NCBI RefSeq assembly: GCF_964204645.1
Contig: NC_134026.1
Coordinates: 5,479,950 to 5,543,949, forward strand
Origin: Tubulanus polymorphus
Taxonomy: Eukaryota > Animalia > Nemertea
Reading direction: 5' to 3'
Length of the DNA: 64,000 nucleotides
Below are positions 38,101 through 51,210 of the stretch, one piece after another. The notes below the pieces were generated by a model. It did no database searches, had not been told where the DNA came from, and saw only the letters and a list, made by a program, of their open reading frames with translations. The position numbers were made by a program, and so were the translations under genes. Every line of letters starts with the position of its first letter. Position 1 is the first letter of the stretch.

Positions 38101-41100
38101 GGTATCGTAACGCACCGTGGGTGGAAGAAATGGAAAGATATTTAGCATTTTTCGTTTCGGATATGACACGAGGTTCCTCCTTGTGAACCGGTGAACTTCG
38201 GTAAATTACCGGCCATTTTTCCTGTAGGGCCTAGACCGTCGAGTGCGTTCCCGGTGCGTAACCTTACCGGAATAAGATTTCGAAATGACGACGTTGCTAG
38301 ACAATTGAGAGATCCTTTTAAAGCGTTGATCAAAGTCCGGCGATGACGCCCTGGGCAAAGTTCTATCCGTCGAGAATATTCCCAATACTTTGAATTCCAT
38401 TTGCACTTCAAAGTATTGACTCAATCGTGATAAAGAGTTATTCATGCTGTACTGGCTACTACTATTACTAGGCCACCACCAAACGCGTGGCGGCTGACCA
38501 GCTTGTATCCGGCTGTTTTCGGTTTTAAAAATGATTTTGAAGAATAAGGTTTTTCGAGAAAAAAAATAAATAGGTTTCATTTTTTATCACCGCGCCCAAA
38601 AGTTTGAACGGCAAAAAGGGAAGATGGATTTTTTATTAAAGAGAAAAAAATCGAATCTATGCGTTATATTTAGTTTGAAAATCTTTCATGCAGGTAGTTC
38701 TGGTGAGGCGTACGCTGGAAGAGAATGAACGATTTCGGAATATCGCATGGCCGTAATTTTTTCATATCTGCAGCTCTGCGGCGAGCGTACATATCGCGTT
38801 TTGAATATTTTTAACGCCGGTAGCTCGGGTAACTCGGGGAGGAGCGCAGGCAGTCGTAGTCGTGTATACTCAGTTCATTCTACGGTTTTACACATGTATA
38901 TCAAATAGAAAGTGTGCATGAATGGCTTCGGCTATTCATCGCGAGAGAACATTGTCCCAGTTTGAACTCCCGGCGAACAAAGCTGTTCTGAGAATTTCGC
39001 CATCCCCGTACAGAAGCTACGAATCGACGGTGTGCCCCCGTGATGTCGAAAAATTCATATATTCTTACTCGAAAAACGGCTCAACGTTTAATTGCTTTTT
39101 AAACGTTTAACGTCTCCTTTTCTGTAGGTGATACACGTGTATCATCAGAACTACGATCATTGGATCAGAAAGCATGATAATCTATAAAAAAGTGATGAGT
39201 GATGGGATTGTATTACAGCTAAAAGCGCTGAGACAATTTGGCCTTGGCCGCATTGCCCCAGATCAGGCCCGAGTCAAATATGGCCCTTGCCTTATTAGTG
39301 CGCACATTCACACGAAAACCATTCACTCGATACTTAAATGAAATGAGTCACTTCTGGAACCTGTAGCTAGAATTTAGCTCGGGCCTGGTCTGAGGTTTTT
39401 GGTTGGGCTAAATTTGGCGTGTACGTGTGAACAGTTGTTGCAGGCCAAATTTGCTTGTGTGATCGCGGATATAGTGGACTCTTCAGAAAGATTAGCCCTG
39501 TCCCCTGTGCCCAGCCTTTAATGAAAAACAATGTGAATGTTTAGCATTTTGTCCTAAATTCTCATCGTGTTATCCGCCCCTTTTTGTCGATTATCCAATA
39601 ACGATCTCAAACAAGGATATTTTAGAATGATAAAAACATTTAATACGATTGTCAATGTATTGAATGCTTTTAAGATCGTACAATAAATTTTATTTTTAAC
39701 GAATATTTTCTATGTCTTTGTCTGACCTGTATTAGAGTTGATTAGCCTATAGTCATACATTCTACAGACTAATGCGATTGTAATCGACGATTAACGCAGT
39801 CCTGTCTGCTCCATACTTAATTCAACGGGTCTCAAAACCAAGCGTTAAATATTTACCTGCGCTCACTTAAGGGTATTACCTCGTTTAGCCTCGAGTTTTT
39901 AATGTAATCGATTCCCATGACTGTTGATGACACCATGTTTTAGTTTCACTAAGTTATTTTCATAGTTGTATAAATCAGAGGGAGCTGCTAAACGCTACTG
40001 TCGCAATCGAGGATTCCACTTATGGCAAGCGAGGATCCACCAGGTTCGCTAGTATTTACTCGGTCTTCTGCGTTCAATTTCTTCTACATTTCATTTTTAA
40101 GTTGAATGAACTGTTCTCTCGAATAATTCAATTATTAATGAAAAAGTACTGAGTAGAAACAATGATTAAATGTACATGGTATTTCGTGGGTCCTAAGATA
40201 ATTTATGGATTCCGGAGCCTAAATATTCAGTTCACAGTTCGTTGATTGTGAACTAATTTTGACAACGTAAGATCGAGCGCGAGTCACGCCATCTTGTGTT
40301 GCAGTTCCCCATTCAAGTTCATGATTATGAATGTGCGGGAACTATCAAAAACTAAAGCAAACATGGATTTAAATGAAGTTGTATTATATTTCTTTCTCAT
40401 TGCGTTACAGATGTAATTGAAAAGGAGCCTACTAACTGTACAGTATTAGTCGACTCGAAGACCACTCTTAACTGCCAAGTAACGCAAAATAATACTCAGG
40501 TCATCTGGCAGAAAGGACTGAAGAATCGACATTATTATGAGTTACCTCGTAAAGGGCCTAACTTCCGAATGCTTCGTTCCGGTTCGCTACGTTTTCATCG
40601 AGTGAGAATGTCCGATCAGGGTTGGTACCGGTGTATAGTTCAGAATTCACACGGAGTCAAGCTCGATCAATCGGATTACGTGTTTCTTACCGTTCAAGGT
40701 TAGCCGACAAATATTTTTATTTCTTACACATGAAATTATCTATGTCCCCGTTGTATTATCCCTGCCTTGATTATTGCTTGAATGACTAAAATCTCATCGT
40801 CAACAAATCGATTCATTTTATACTAATGCCACATCACCTTTTTGTGTGGTTATGCCTTACTCGGTGCTAACACATTTTCAGGAAATGGGAAAATCCTTCT
40901 TCAAGTCTGCACTAGTTTCAGATTTGTTCCAAATGCTAGTTCATTTATAGGTCTTGCTTGTCTGTTCATATCTTAGATCCTTTGGTTGGTTACTGGGCCG
41001 ACTCGGCCCTGTAAAGCCTAAATCAGGTCGTGTAGTGTCAAACCCGATTGTCAGATCTTAAGCAGATCGGCAACCAGTCGCCAGTTGCCAATTTTTCAGT

Positions 41101-44100
41101 GAGACAATATTTGTGGCAAGAGTGTACCGGTACTTCAGATTGTTAAAACTGATCGGATCGTAGACCAGTCATAAGCGCAATCGTCACCCGATCAGGCATG
41201 TTCTACTACCTATGATGATTGGATCTGAGCTTACTTAAAGACCTTAAGATAGTAGCCAATGAACAATTATGTACACATCACATCACTAAAGCGGTCGGTT
41301 CAAAATGATCGTGGATCTCGGGTGACCCGAGTGTAGCTGAGATCCAACAAACGAGTCTTGGTCGAATCGGCTATTTGACCTCGTGATGTGACGAATTTTG
41401 CTTAAAAGACCAAATCGCAGATCATCATCAGATCTGATCTTAGTACGACCTGAGTTAGGCTTTAAAATGATGAGGTCTGAAAACTGATCATCGTTTATCT
41501 TGCAGCTGTTGTTGAGATACCTTACGGTCGTGCACCTCAGGATCGACGCGTTAATTACGGCACTGAAATCGAGATCAAATGTGAAGCAGTCGGTAAACCG
41601 ATGCCTAATGTTAGCTGGACAAAAAACGGACAAGTTGTAAGTAGTAGTCAGCACAGAGATATTAATGCATAATCGTATGTAAACAAGATGAAATTAAATT
41701 CATTTTCAATCTGAAATCTACCTAGCATCTACGGAGCTACTGGTAGGCCCAGGAACCAGTTGCATAGTCATGGCTTTTAGAGTTAAGACCAGCTCGGTAA
41801 TAAAGCCAAGCGAACAACTTTAGGTACAGTAGAGCTTACTTAATACGGATGACTAGGGACTGCCCAGATTTCTCAGAATTAAGTAAAATCCGAATTATGA
41901 ATAATAGTTTACGTGGCTCAAGAGGTTAAATGGACAAGTTTTTTCATCCGAAATTAAGCAAGTTCTACTGTATATATCTTAAGATTTAGGCCACGTTAGG
42001 ACTAAAGCAATTGTGCAACTGGTCCCAGAACTGTAATTAATATAGACCTCTTATCGACATGATTTGAGTTTATCACTCATCACTCATTGTCTGTGTTTCA
42101 GATGGCCGAGGAAGAGAATAAATTCATCATCAAAGTAAACGTGACCGAGTCGGCAGTGTACGGATGTACAGCGGTCAACACGGTCAACGTTAAGGGTAAA
42201 ACAGTGATACAACGATCAGCGAAAATTACCATTATTAATTCCGGTGAGTCGATGAATCAAGCGGTTGTTAATCCTCTTTTGAACGTACTGGTCGTAACTG
42301 TGTAAGATTTCAAGTATCTTATAATAGGTCTTACGGGTTTTGGAAAGTTTTCGAAAATGGGAATTTTTTTCCAGGCCTTCGAAAAGCTATAGAATTTTTT
42401 TTTCTCTTTGGCTACTGAAAAAGGTATGCATGATCATAAAAAGGACTCAAAATTTTCCTTCTATTTGAAATTTTAGGCTACATGCCCTGACTAAACATCT
42501 GGGGCCAGTTGCTCAAAAGTTGGTTAAAGATAACCGGCCGTTTAATACCAAAGTAACAATGAAATTTCAATTGTCACCATATCAACTATCCACTGGTTAA
42601 CTCTTGCCAACTTTTGAGCAACCAAGCCTGATAACAAACTTTATGAAAACACTTTGTCGATAGTCTAAAATTTCAAGCGTCTGTGATTAGTTCAGTACGC
42701 CAGTATGTCTGATCGATCAATTCGAAAAAGTATTTCTATTATTCCTAGGCTACTTAACATCGTGTGTCGTAAAAGATGCGAAAACCTATTGTGTTAATGT
42801 GCATCACAACACGCCATATGGCGCTAGTGCGTTGTTCGACGTAGGTCCCCCTCCTCCTCCTTGCGTGTTATATTCTCGAGAATTATATTATCATCGGTCG
42901 ATTCAATTTAATGTGTTTGTGATTTGTTGATAAAAAGAACCGGTTATCGTCTGCGACGCAAATCTGTGTGGTCCGGACCATCGACTCACTACTCTTGTTG
43001 TTGTTATTATTATGCTGCGTGTAATAATCCATTCGACGAGCTGGTCCTCGTCGGGTTTTTGTATCTGGGGCGATATGCGAGCCTCAGTCGTGTTTATTCC
43101 ATTGAATTTCGGCGGCTGGCTTTGTTCGCGGTGGTTGTAAACCGGGCGAACGCGCTCCCCGAAACCGGGCTAGGTCAAGTGATATCATTTGTTAAATAAT
43201 CATGTATAAATTTCGTATCTTTTTGAGAATGTTGCCAACCGTTTGTTATTGTCGATGTTCGTTTCGGTTGGCGACATATTTCTTCGGAGGAGTGAAATCC
43301 TATTAACAAATCTTTTCATGATTCGTTCTCTTTCATGTTCTTCGATTCCCGAATGGAAAATGAAAATTCGGTAAGTACACGCGAATGTAATGATAATGGA
43401 TATTTACGGTCTTTTACTTGAAATATCTCAACAGACTTCACAAATTACAGATATAAAACATTGGACAAATAGATAAGATGATAGTATAGTAAACATAAAA
43501 CAGTCGGCAGAAATCGGTAAAATCCCGAACTAACTTGTTTCCGGCAAAAGGTTTGCACGTGAAAAATTTTGAAGTCTTTTTCATAAGATAGGGTTTCTAG
43601 TCGGACAAAGTCTACAAAGTGCATCCTTTAAAAAAAAAAATGCAGGATAGCCCTGATTAGCGCTTGCTTTTCAGGTAAAATCCTGAAAGCACTGCCATCA
43701 CGCAAATATCATCACAGATTTTATCATTGTCTATTGTCTCAGTGCTGTCCTCTTACTAGAAAATAATTCTAAATTTTTCCTGAAATTTGAGAAATTTGTG
43801 AAATTTGATTGACATTTTCCACAATCCATAATCCAAAATCGGGTCAAAATGATTAGTTACCGTCCAATTTTCGATTTGTGATATTTATTTTGATAAAACT
43901 GCGAGCATTTTAAAAGTACAGGTGTTGTTATTTGAAAATAAAACACGTTAGATTCAAACCAGGCTTAAAGAAATATTAATAAAACAATTTTTTTTATGAA
44001 GTGTTCCACAAAGATGATGACTCTCAAAAGAGAGAATAAAGAAAATTAGAAACGGACTTTGTCAGTGCATGCTGTGAAATCAATAAGACAAATGTGTATA

Positions 44101-47034
44101 AAGTTTTTAAAGATGTTTCTCAATTTGTACGTATTTTCAGGTATAAAGGTATATGTATGTCATATAGCGGAAGTGCTTGTGAGAATGTGCTCGGTACGCG
44201 GTCGGTGTTCATCGACAAATCATTTCACGATATGGAACTGATTGAGAAAACGGCTTCGAGTTTACGAGACAAACTGACGAAAATCACGAAACGAAATCCG
44301 TACTGTAAAAAGACGGCCGAGTCGTTTCTGTGCCACCATCTATTTCCGGATTGTGATAATTCGCTCGGTGATGCGAGAGCTGCGCCTGTCTGCAGGTATG
44401 TTTCGTTTGATTAAGTTGTTAGAGGATCTGTAGTGCCGGTATTCACTTGAAGCGCTCGATCACACTTGCGACTGGAAACAAAATAACGGTGGTCTCCAGC
44501 ATTCGGTGGCCTAGTAGTGATAAGAAGATAAATTCTATGTTACTGATAGCGTTTCTGGGGAGGATTGTCACAGTTAAAGATTTCTACTGTCAAAAAGAAT
44601 GGCTTCTATGATACTTATATCATTTATAGGGAGGAATGTCAGGTTTTGAAAGATTTGTACTGTCAGAAAGAATGGACAAGTCTCCTGAATGATGTGAAGC
44701 AAAACAAGCCGCGTGTAGAGTTTCCCGAGTGCGATGACTTACCGATGATGAAAAACGATAGTTCTCCTTGTTCGGTAGCTGATATATATCAACCGGATCC
44801 TGTGCTTTTAACCAGTAAGTTATGACACTTCTCCTTCAGAGACCAACGGAACATAGAAGGATTTATGGAAAAACTATTGTCGTAGTACCTAGTGTAATTC
44901 CTGTGAGTACTCAGGTTACTCAGGTATTCCTGAGTCGATTCTTAAAAATAGTATTCTACATTTTCATTTACTGGTACATATATCCTATATCCTCTACAGC
45001 CCTCTACAATTTTAGAAATGAGGTCACATTCACAGGAAACACATTTTTAGCCGCTGACACCCTATGTACAGTATTCTGTTTGATATTGTGGTGACATCTA
45101 TCGCGCTAGTGTAACACTACAGGGATAGCTTCTGAGTTGTACTGGGACCTAAATTCTCAGTTCAAATCTCAAAAATTTCTCAATTTTACAAAGTGCTAAA
45201 AAAATTCTTTGACCATTGCATCTGGTCAGTTACATCACAAATGTCGGTTTATGGTGTAAATAAAGCATTGAGTATGGTTTAGGGCTTTTTAGGACATGGT
45301 TTAGAATTTTTGGGAAAAAAGATTTTCAGGCTGGGCTGAAACTTACAATATTAGTCCAATTAAGTAAGTGTAATTCTCAAATATGAAGGTAACTGGACCA
45401 AAATTTAGCTGTGGGTCTGTAGAGGATATTTTCTGTCAACAGAATGATTAGACCTCATTTAAGAGTAACCACAATTAAAGGTCTTCAAGTGCTTTGAGTC
45501 TCAGATTTCAGATTATTATTTTCATTTCTTCAGGTGATTGTTATCATGATAATGGTAGTTATTACAACGGCACAATAAACGTTACCAAAACGGGTCGCAG
45601 GTGTCTGATGTGGTCGCATCAGTGGCTACACACGGCTCATCCGCAGATCTTCCCGGAATTGATCAACGCGCAGAACTACTGCCGAAATCCTGGCGGCTAT
45701 CGTTTGCAGCCCTGGTGCTATTACTCTTATACGGAGAAGGAAGATTGTAACGTTCCGGAATGCGGTTAGTCTATTAGCCTATTTTTACATTAAAAGAATA
45801 ATACATGCGTAGTCTCTCTCCTATGCATACATATCTAAATACAAATTTGTTACTTCAATTTGCAGGTCTAGTAGACAAGGTCACAGGAAAGGAACCGTCG
45901 TTGGACTTATCTACAGTGATTATAATATCGGTCGTGTCGGGTGTAATAATATTAGTGATGTGCATAAGCATTATAGCGTTGTACAGGTGTCATTTCAGTA
46001 ATCAACATACAATACGGTACGACGTCACTCCGGCAGACGACGACGTTGTCGAACTGAATCTAGCGAATCTACGTCGTAACGTAATCTATCATAAATCATC
46101 GTCGATTCCGACGCTTAATCCGAAACTCGACTATCTCGAATATCCGCGTAATAACATCGTTTATCTACAGGATATCGGGCAGGGCGCGTACGGACGCGTG
46201 TTCAAGGCGTCATGTCCCGGTTTGGTGACCGGACAAGACGCGACGTTGGTCGCCGTGAAAATGCTCAAAGACGACGCGACCGTCGAAATGCAGAACAATT
46301 TCGAACGCGAGGCGTCTTTGATGACCGAGTTTCATCACCCGAATATCGTTCGTCTACTCGGCGTTTGTGCAATAGGTAAACCGATGTGTTTGCTGTTCGA
46401 ATTCATGGTCAAAGGCGATCTGAACGAGTTCCTTCGTTTGTGCGGTCCGGATTACGCGATCGCTCACAGTCATGAGTCGTACGGTCAAAACGCCGCGCGG
46501 CTAAACCTAACCGAACAATTGAGCATCGGCGCGCAGATCGCGTCAGCGATGTTGTACCTGTCGAAAAAAGGCTACGTTCACCGCGACCTGGCGACTCGGA
46601 ACTGTCTCGTCGGCGGCGAGAATATCACGGTGAAAATCTCCGATTTCGGTTTAACGCGCGCCGTTAATTCGAACGGCGAATGCTACCGAGGAAGCGATCA
46701 GGACGCGTTGGCGATACGCTGGATGCCGCTCGAGTCGATACTCTATAACGAATTCTCGCATAAATCTGACGTCTGGTCGTTCGGTGTGTTTTTGTGGGAG
46801 ATATTTTCGTTCGCGCAGCAGCCGTACTTTGAGATCGTCGATCACGAGGACGTGATCAATTTCGTCAAGGACGGCAACGTTATGGAGCGGCCGGAAAACA
46901 CGCCCGAACGCGTTTACGGCTTGATGAAAGAATGCTGGAATTTAAACAGCGAACATCGGCCGTCGTTTCAAGCGGTTTATCGTTCGCTGCGAGAATTATT
47001 CGATCGTTCATATATGAGATCTGAATTGACATGA
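35175..47034 (+). CDS. MUSK: MuSK/Nrk-family receptor tyrosine kinase (signal peptide, 2 Ig, Frizzled CRD, kringle, TM, kinase)
   Basis: Signal exon 35175-35241 (MKILILLLCMILQLLPATGLIG); Ig1 40411-40698 (DQGWYRC); Ig2 41506-41636 + 42102-42243; CRD 44149(or 44141)-44395 + 44630-44814; kringle 45534-45764 (NYCRNP); TM+kinase 45866-47034 with MuSK-typical LNPKL..LEYPRNNI, GQGAYG, LLGVCAIGKPMCLLFEFM, HRDLATRN, DFG. Confidence 0.88.
36289..36445 (+). mobile_element. SINE-like element: tRNA-like Pol III head followed by a hammerhead ribozyme and AATAAA
   Basis: A-box-like TAGCGTCCCTGG (36289), B box GAGTTCGAGTCC (36325-36336), hammerhead at 36376-36419, AATAAA 36440-36445. Element boundaries uncertain. 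Confidence 0.6.
36376..36419 (+). ncRNA. Minimal type I hammerhead ribozyme, Penelope-like
   Basis: Stem I GACAC/GCGTT (one mismatch), core CTGACGA + extra T, perfect stem II GATCTC-tagtgt-GAGATC, GAAA, palindromic ACGT stem III, GTC cleavage triplet ending at 36414. Confidence 0.8.
41012..41464. mobile_element. PIF/Harbinger-like MITE (~450 bp)
   Basis: taaagcctaaatcaggtcgt / acgacctgagttaggcttta, 19/20 inverted match including TAA/TTA flanks. Confidence 0.75.
41753..42025. mobile_element. Harbinger-like MITE with CAG TSD, interrupted by a nested element
   Basis: cag|gaaccagttgcatagt ... attgtgcaactggtcc|cag; internal sequence matches the 21113 family on both sides of the insertion. Confidence 0.75.
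41827..41970. mobile_element. Tigger/pogo-like (Tc1/mariner) MITE with TA TSD, nested
   Basis: TA|CAGTAGAGCTTACTTAAT ... ATTAAGCAAGTTCTACTG|TA. Confidence 0.8.
42499..42630. mobile_element. Harbinger-like foldback MITE with CTG flanks
   Basis: ctg gggccagttgctcaaaagttgg ... ccaacttttgagcaaccaagc ctg. Confidence 0.7.
44987..45429. mobile_element. TIR-bounded non-autonomous element (~440 bp)
   Basis: atatcctctacag / ctgtagaggatat perfect 13-bp inverted termini. Confidence 0.55.
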
Positions 47035-48257
47035 AAATAATGTCTACCCGTATAATAATGTGACGGCTATTTCTTTTTGTCTGGGATAAATTCTTTTGGG
47101 ATATTTCGCTTTTTATCTTTTGAACGCATACCTCGATTTGGTCTTAATAGGACCGGTGGAACTGTGCAGTTTGAATTAACCACAATTTTTACACTGTGCA
47201 AAATTGATATGAAAACGATGGCTTATTCTGACTGCACAGTTTTACTGGTCGTATTAAGACCAATCAGAGAGGTGTGTGTTCAAAAGATTAAGCAAAATAT
47301 CCGCAAAAAATTTGATCCCAGACAAGTGAATAGACACTAGAAAGGTTCATATTCAATGACTTTTTCAATAATCAAATCAAATAGTGGCAAATATCGGTGT
47401 CATGTGCGTAAGTGCGGTATTGATGTACTAGAGATAGATATTACAAATACTGACGTTATTCTTACCAGTTCTTTGATGATGTATTATTATTTACTACTGA
47501 TGTATTTGGATGATTTTATTTTATCGAATTATTGATATTACGATGAAGAACAGCACTGAAAATATACAATTTATCGGAGGTTGTACCTTGTCTTAAACAC
47601 TGCTGGTGTATGTTCGATATGGAGTTGAAAATGGTCAGTTTTATCGGAGATGATTATTATCACTATTATTATAATGACCGGCCTGTCCCCCTGAAGAAAG
47701 CAGTATTTCTGCAAGGTGCTGAAAAATGATACATATAGAAATATATATTTGCGTACAATTGCTCAATATGAAAATAATAAAAGTAAAGGCTTCGAAGCTG
47801 GTCTTTAGCCTGTAGAAGTTCTAATTTTTAGATGTACAATTTTTATGTGTAGACCTTCTGTACAAAGTTGATGGGTGTCACTAGCTTCCCTTTTACATAT
47901 GCTGCCAACTATGAGATATCTTGTACGTGAAGTTCTGCCATTATTGCTGCTACAAGTTATTTCAGTTATGTCATAGTATTTTGTCCTCTTTTGCAGAACT
48001 TCCACTCGGGCAATCGGAATGACATGTGGTTCCATTGGCTGGCAGTGTACGCAATTTCTGATTCATTGTCAATGCTCATTGTTTATTTTTCCTAGTATTT
48101 TGAGTGACTGGTCGTAAAAACTGGGAAGAATTATCATCGCAGAGCACTTGTTTTAAAGACTCGAAAAATTTATGTAGAGCAATATGATTTCAAAAGGAAT
48201 AACCGGTCCTATTTATCAGATACCACTCTAATTGTAGAACATGAATTACCATGATTT

Positions 48258-48470
48258 AATTTTTAGCCTACTTGGCTAAATTCCAGCAGGCCATCGCAGT
48301 TCACTTTTCGTCCATCGTCCGTCAGTAGAGATGTCATTTTCGGTCTGTAGCTTTTAATGTTTAGCTATTTTTTTATTGAAATTCGTGATGGGCATACTTA
48401 GGGAAGGAATCTTTGAAATATCGGATGGGTCTTGGATCAGTCATTTGTCTCAAATCGGCAGCCATCGACT
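48258..48470 (+). mobile_element. Helentron/HINE-like element fragment
   Basis: TTTTTAGCCTACTTGG start followed by cgtccatcgtccgtc microsatellite; the complementary motif CCAAGTGGGCTAA occurs at ~58894. Family assignment from remembered HINE architecture. Confidence 0.4.
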
Positions 48471-48868
48471 TAGTGTCATCAGTCCTCACTTGTACATGGA
48501 AAAAGGTTTTCAAAGGAAATATCCACAGGTTTTAACTTTCTTGATATTTGATGATTGTTATCACTGCCATAGGACACGTTTCCTAACATGGAATTGGGGT
48601 TATCCAGTGACTGTATTTTTCTAACCACCACGGGGGATTGAAAATTGAATTCTCTATATTTTGACCTCCCGCTATTTTGGTACCTATGCATAGTTTTTGT
48701 CACCACAATCAATTGCAAATTCTTAGCTCATGACATTTTCTATGATTGGGGAGAGTTCCGAGGACATTGGACTGTGTATATTCGCCAGGGGGTGTTGAAT
48801 ATTGAAATTATCAGATTGTGAAGCATTTCGACAAGTGGCCACGGTGTCCCCAGATCCCTAGTTTCTTG

Positions 48869-49027
48869 ATTTTTCATTTCATACACGGCTGTTAGCTGGT
48901 GTTGATTAGGTACCGTGGAATCACAATTCATTTGCAGCAGAATCACCATTTTTCATTTCATACACGGCTGTTAGCTGGTGTTGATTAGGTACCGTGGAAT
49001 CACAATTCATTTGCAGCAGAATCACCA
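48869..49027. repeat. Perfect 79-bp tandem duplication
   Basis: atttttcatttcatacacggctgttagctgg...cagcagaatcacc begins at 48869 and again at 48948. Confidence 0.95.
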
Positions 49028-49244
49028 CAAGTTAGTCCTCAGGAAGAGGGTGTATTTTCTTTTGCTTAAGTACTAGAGGCAGCCTTAATACAGTGTATTA
49101 ATTTTTATATAGTGATTACAATCTTTATAGCCGAACTGCTAATTTTAATATGAAACGGAAAAATGAGAAAATAATAATAGCACATTTTTTTGTCACTGTG
49201 GAACGTTTATTTGTATATTATGAAGTATGTATTGTATTATATTA

Positions 49245-49404
<160 letters not shown>

Positions 49405-50655
49405 ATATGTGAATATATTGTATTTGGTTGTAGATATATCTGATTGAATTAGAATAATTTATTGACCAGTAGCTGAAGGCTCGGTCATGTGATACAAAAC
49501 TGAATCATGTGTAAATTTTCCTCTCCTTACCAGAGTTGCAGTTTTCTGCATCGAAGAACCAGATTTTTTTTTCGTTGTGGATAATTGGTAGTGTTTATTA
49601 TATTTGTTAGCAAACAGGTTGATCGTGTTAATGGGGTACTGGCACATTAGCTCACCCATCAGATGGCGCCACTTTGATATCAGACGAACCTGAACAAAAT
49701 TGATTCATTTTCATTTAACTTTGATCTCAGTTTTCGGTATTCCAATCCAAAAATTAGGCAAATCATGCATCTTAATAAACTGGGATTAGTCGTAAGAGTT
49801 CATGGTATGATTTTTATACATCATGCATTTTCTATAGAATTTGAGGAATTATTGTTAGTTGAAAAAAACTTGAGTTTGAGAATAAATCCAGTGTCAATGT
49901 TGTACTGTACATTTGCGAACCTGGTGGATAATGGTGAAATTTCGCTTGCCACAGTAGCATTGCCAGTACCCCATTGTAGATGTATTTGTACAATGCCTTA
50001 TTTTTAAGAGGAGCCCTTTCTGCATTCACCTTGTACCAGATGATTTAGAAAAATCCCATACCCGCCTAATCTTTTATCATTATTAAAATTTTGATTCATT
50101 TTGGGCGGATAGATATCCAACTAGGACAACTGTGGAACCGATGATCAGGATTTTGACTTAATTCAAATGATACTGATATCAAATATCATTTTCTAACTGA
50201 TGGTTTCATCTAAATATATCTAAAATATTTGGGTCATACGTGCATTAGATAGAAGGGTTGCACTGTATATTGCTAGTTTTCTCGTTTCATCATGCATTTG
50301 AATGATTTAAATATCCTCAGATGAAAAAAAGTTTTCTTCAGAGACTTGAAGATACATGTACTCCGATTTCAACCAGTTTGCTTCATTAAGGCAATTAGGT
50401 AAGACCCCTGGACAATTTGGACTACTAGGTAGGCAAAACCAAATATTCTACTTGACTAGGGTACAGACTCGAAAAACTTTAAGGCTCTGTGATTAAGAGT
50501 AAACGCAAAACTGAAAAAAAACAATTTGAATGGTGAGAATATTCGCTTTAATAATCAACCTCTTTCATCCTCTATGCAAAAAGCCGACAAGCTTTCAAAA
50601 AATTCATATAAATAATGAAAATGTCAATACCCAGACTTTGGTGATCTCCACTGTA

Positions 50656-51210
50656 AGGGGTCATTCATTCATTATGTACTCAAAAATGTTTTAATGAGGC
50701 CTTACCTTCTGTACACACCTGTCACAAGTTGTCACAATGCTCCTATCCAGCGTATCCTTTCAATTGAAAATGATGGAGACAAGGGTATTAAGTGACTCGA
50801 CCATAGTATATGTGTCCGGGATATGTGTCTCTAACTAGCTTCACTAGTGGAAAAAAAGCCTGGGCCTACACTAAATAACCACTATCTAACATGGGGGATG
50901 AGATGCAAGGTTCTGAAATTTTCATATTTTTCACATTTCTAATTAATACAAAAAAACAGGATTTTTTCATAGCGAAAACAGAATTTTTCACAGAAAAACC
51001 TTATATGATTTCTTCATTTTCGACGAAGTTATATGCTTGAACTGCATTATTTCAAATGTTTCAAACAATATAACAATATCAACCTGTAATTAGGGTATAC
51101 AAATCAATGAACAAACTAGACTATGAATACACACCAACTAAACTAATCCGATACTTTTCTGAGAATTGACCCTACCTTTACTTTGCGTACGTAATAAATG
51201 AATGACCCCT
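50656..51210. mobile_element. Longer member of the 9591 MITE family
   Basis: TIRs aggggtcattcattcattatgtac / gtacgtaataaatgaatgacccct. Confidence 0.7.

Noticed and set aside
37697-39110. Short ORFs in MuSK intron 1
   Set aside because: No recognisable domains or consistent splice phases; looks like decayed repeat sequence.
47690-47730. CTGAAGA..TGCTGAAA hammerhead-like string
   Set aside because: Only a 4-bp stem II and no stem III/NUH; compatible with chance.
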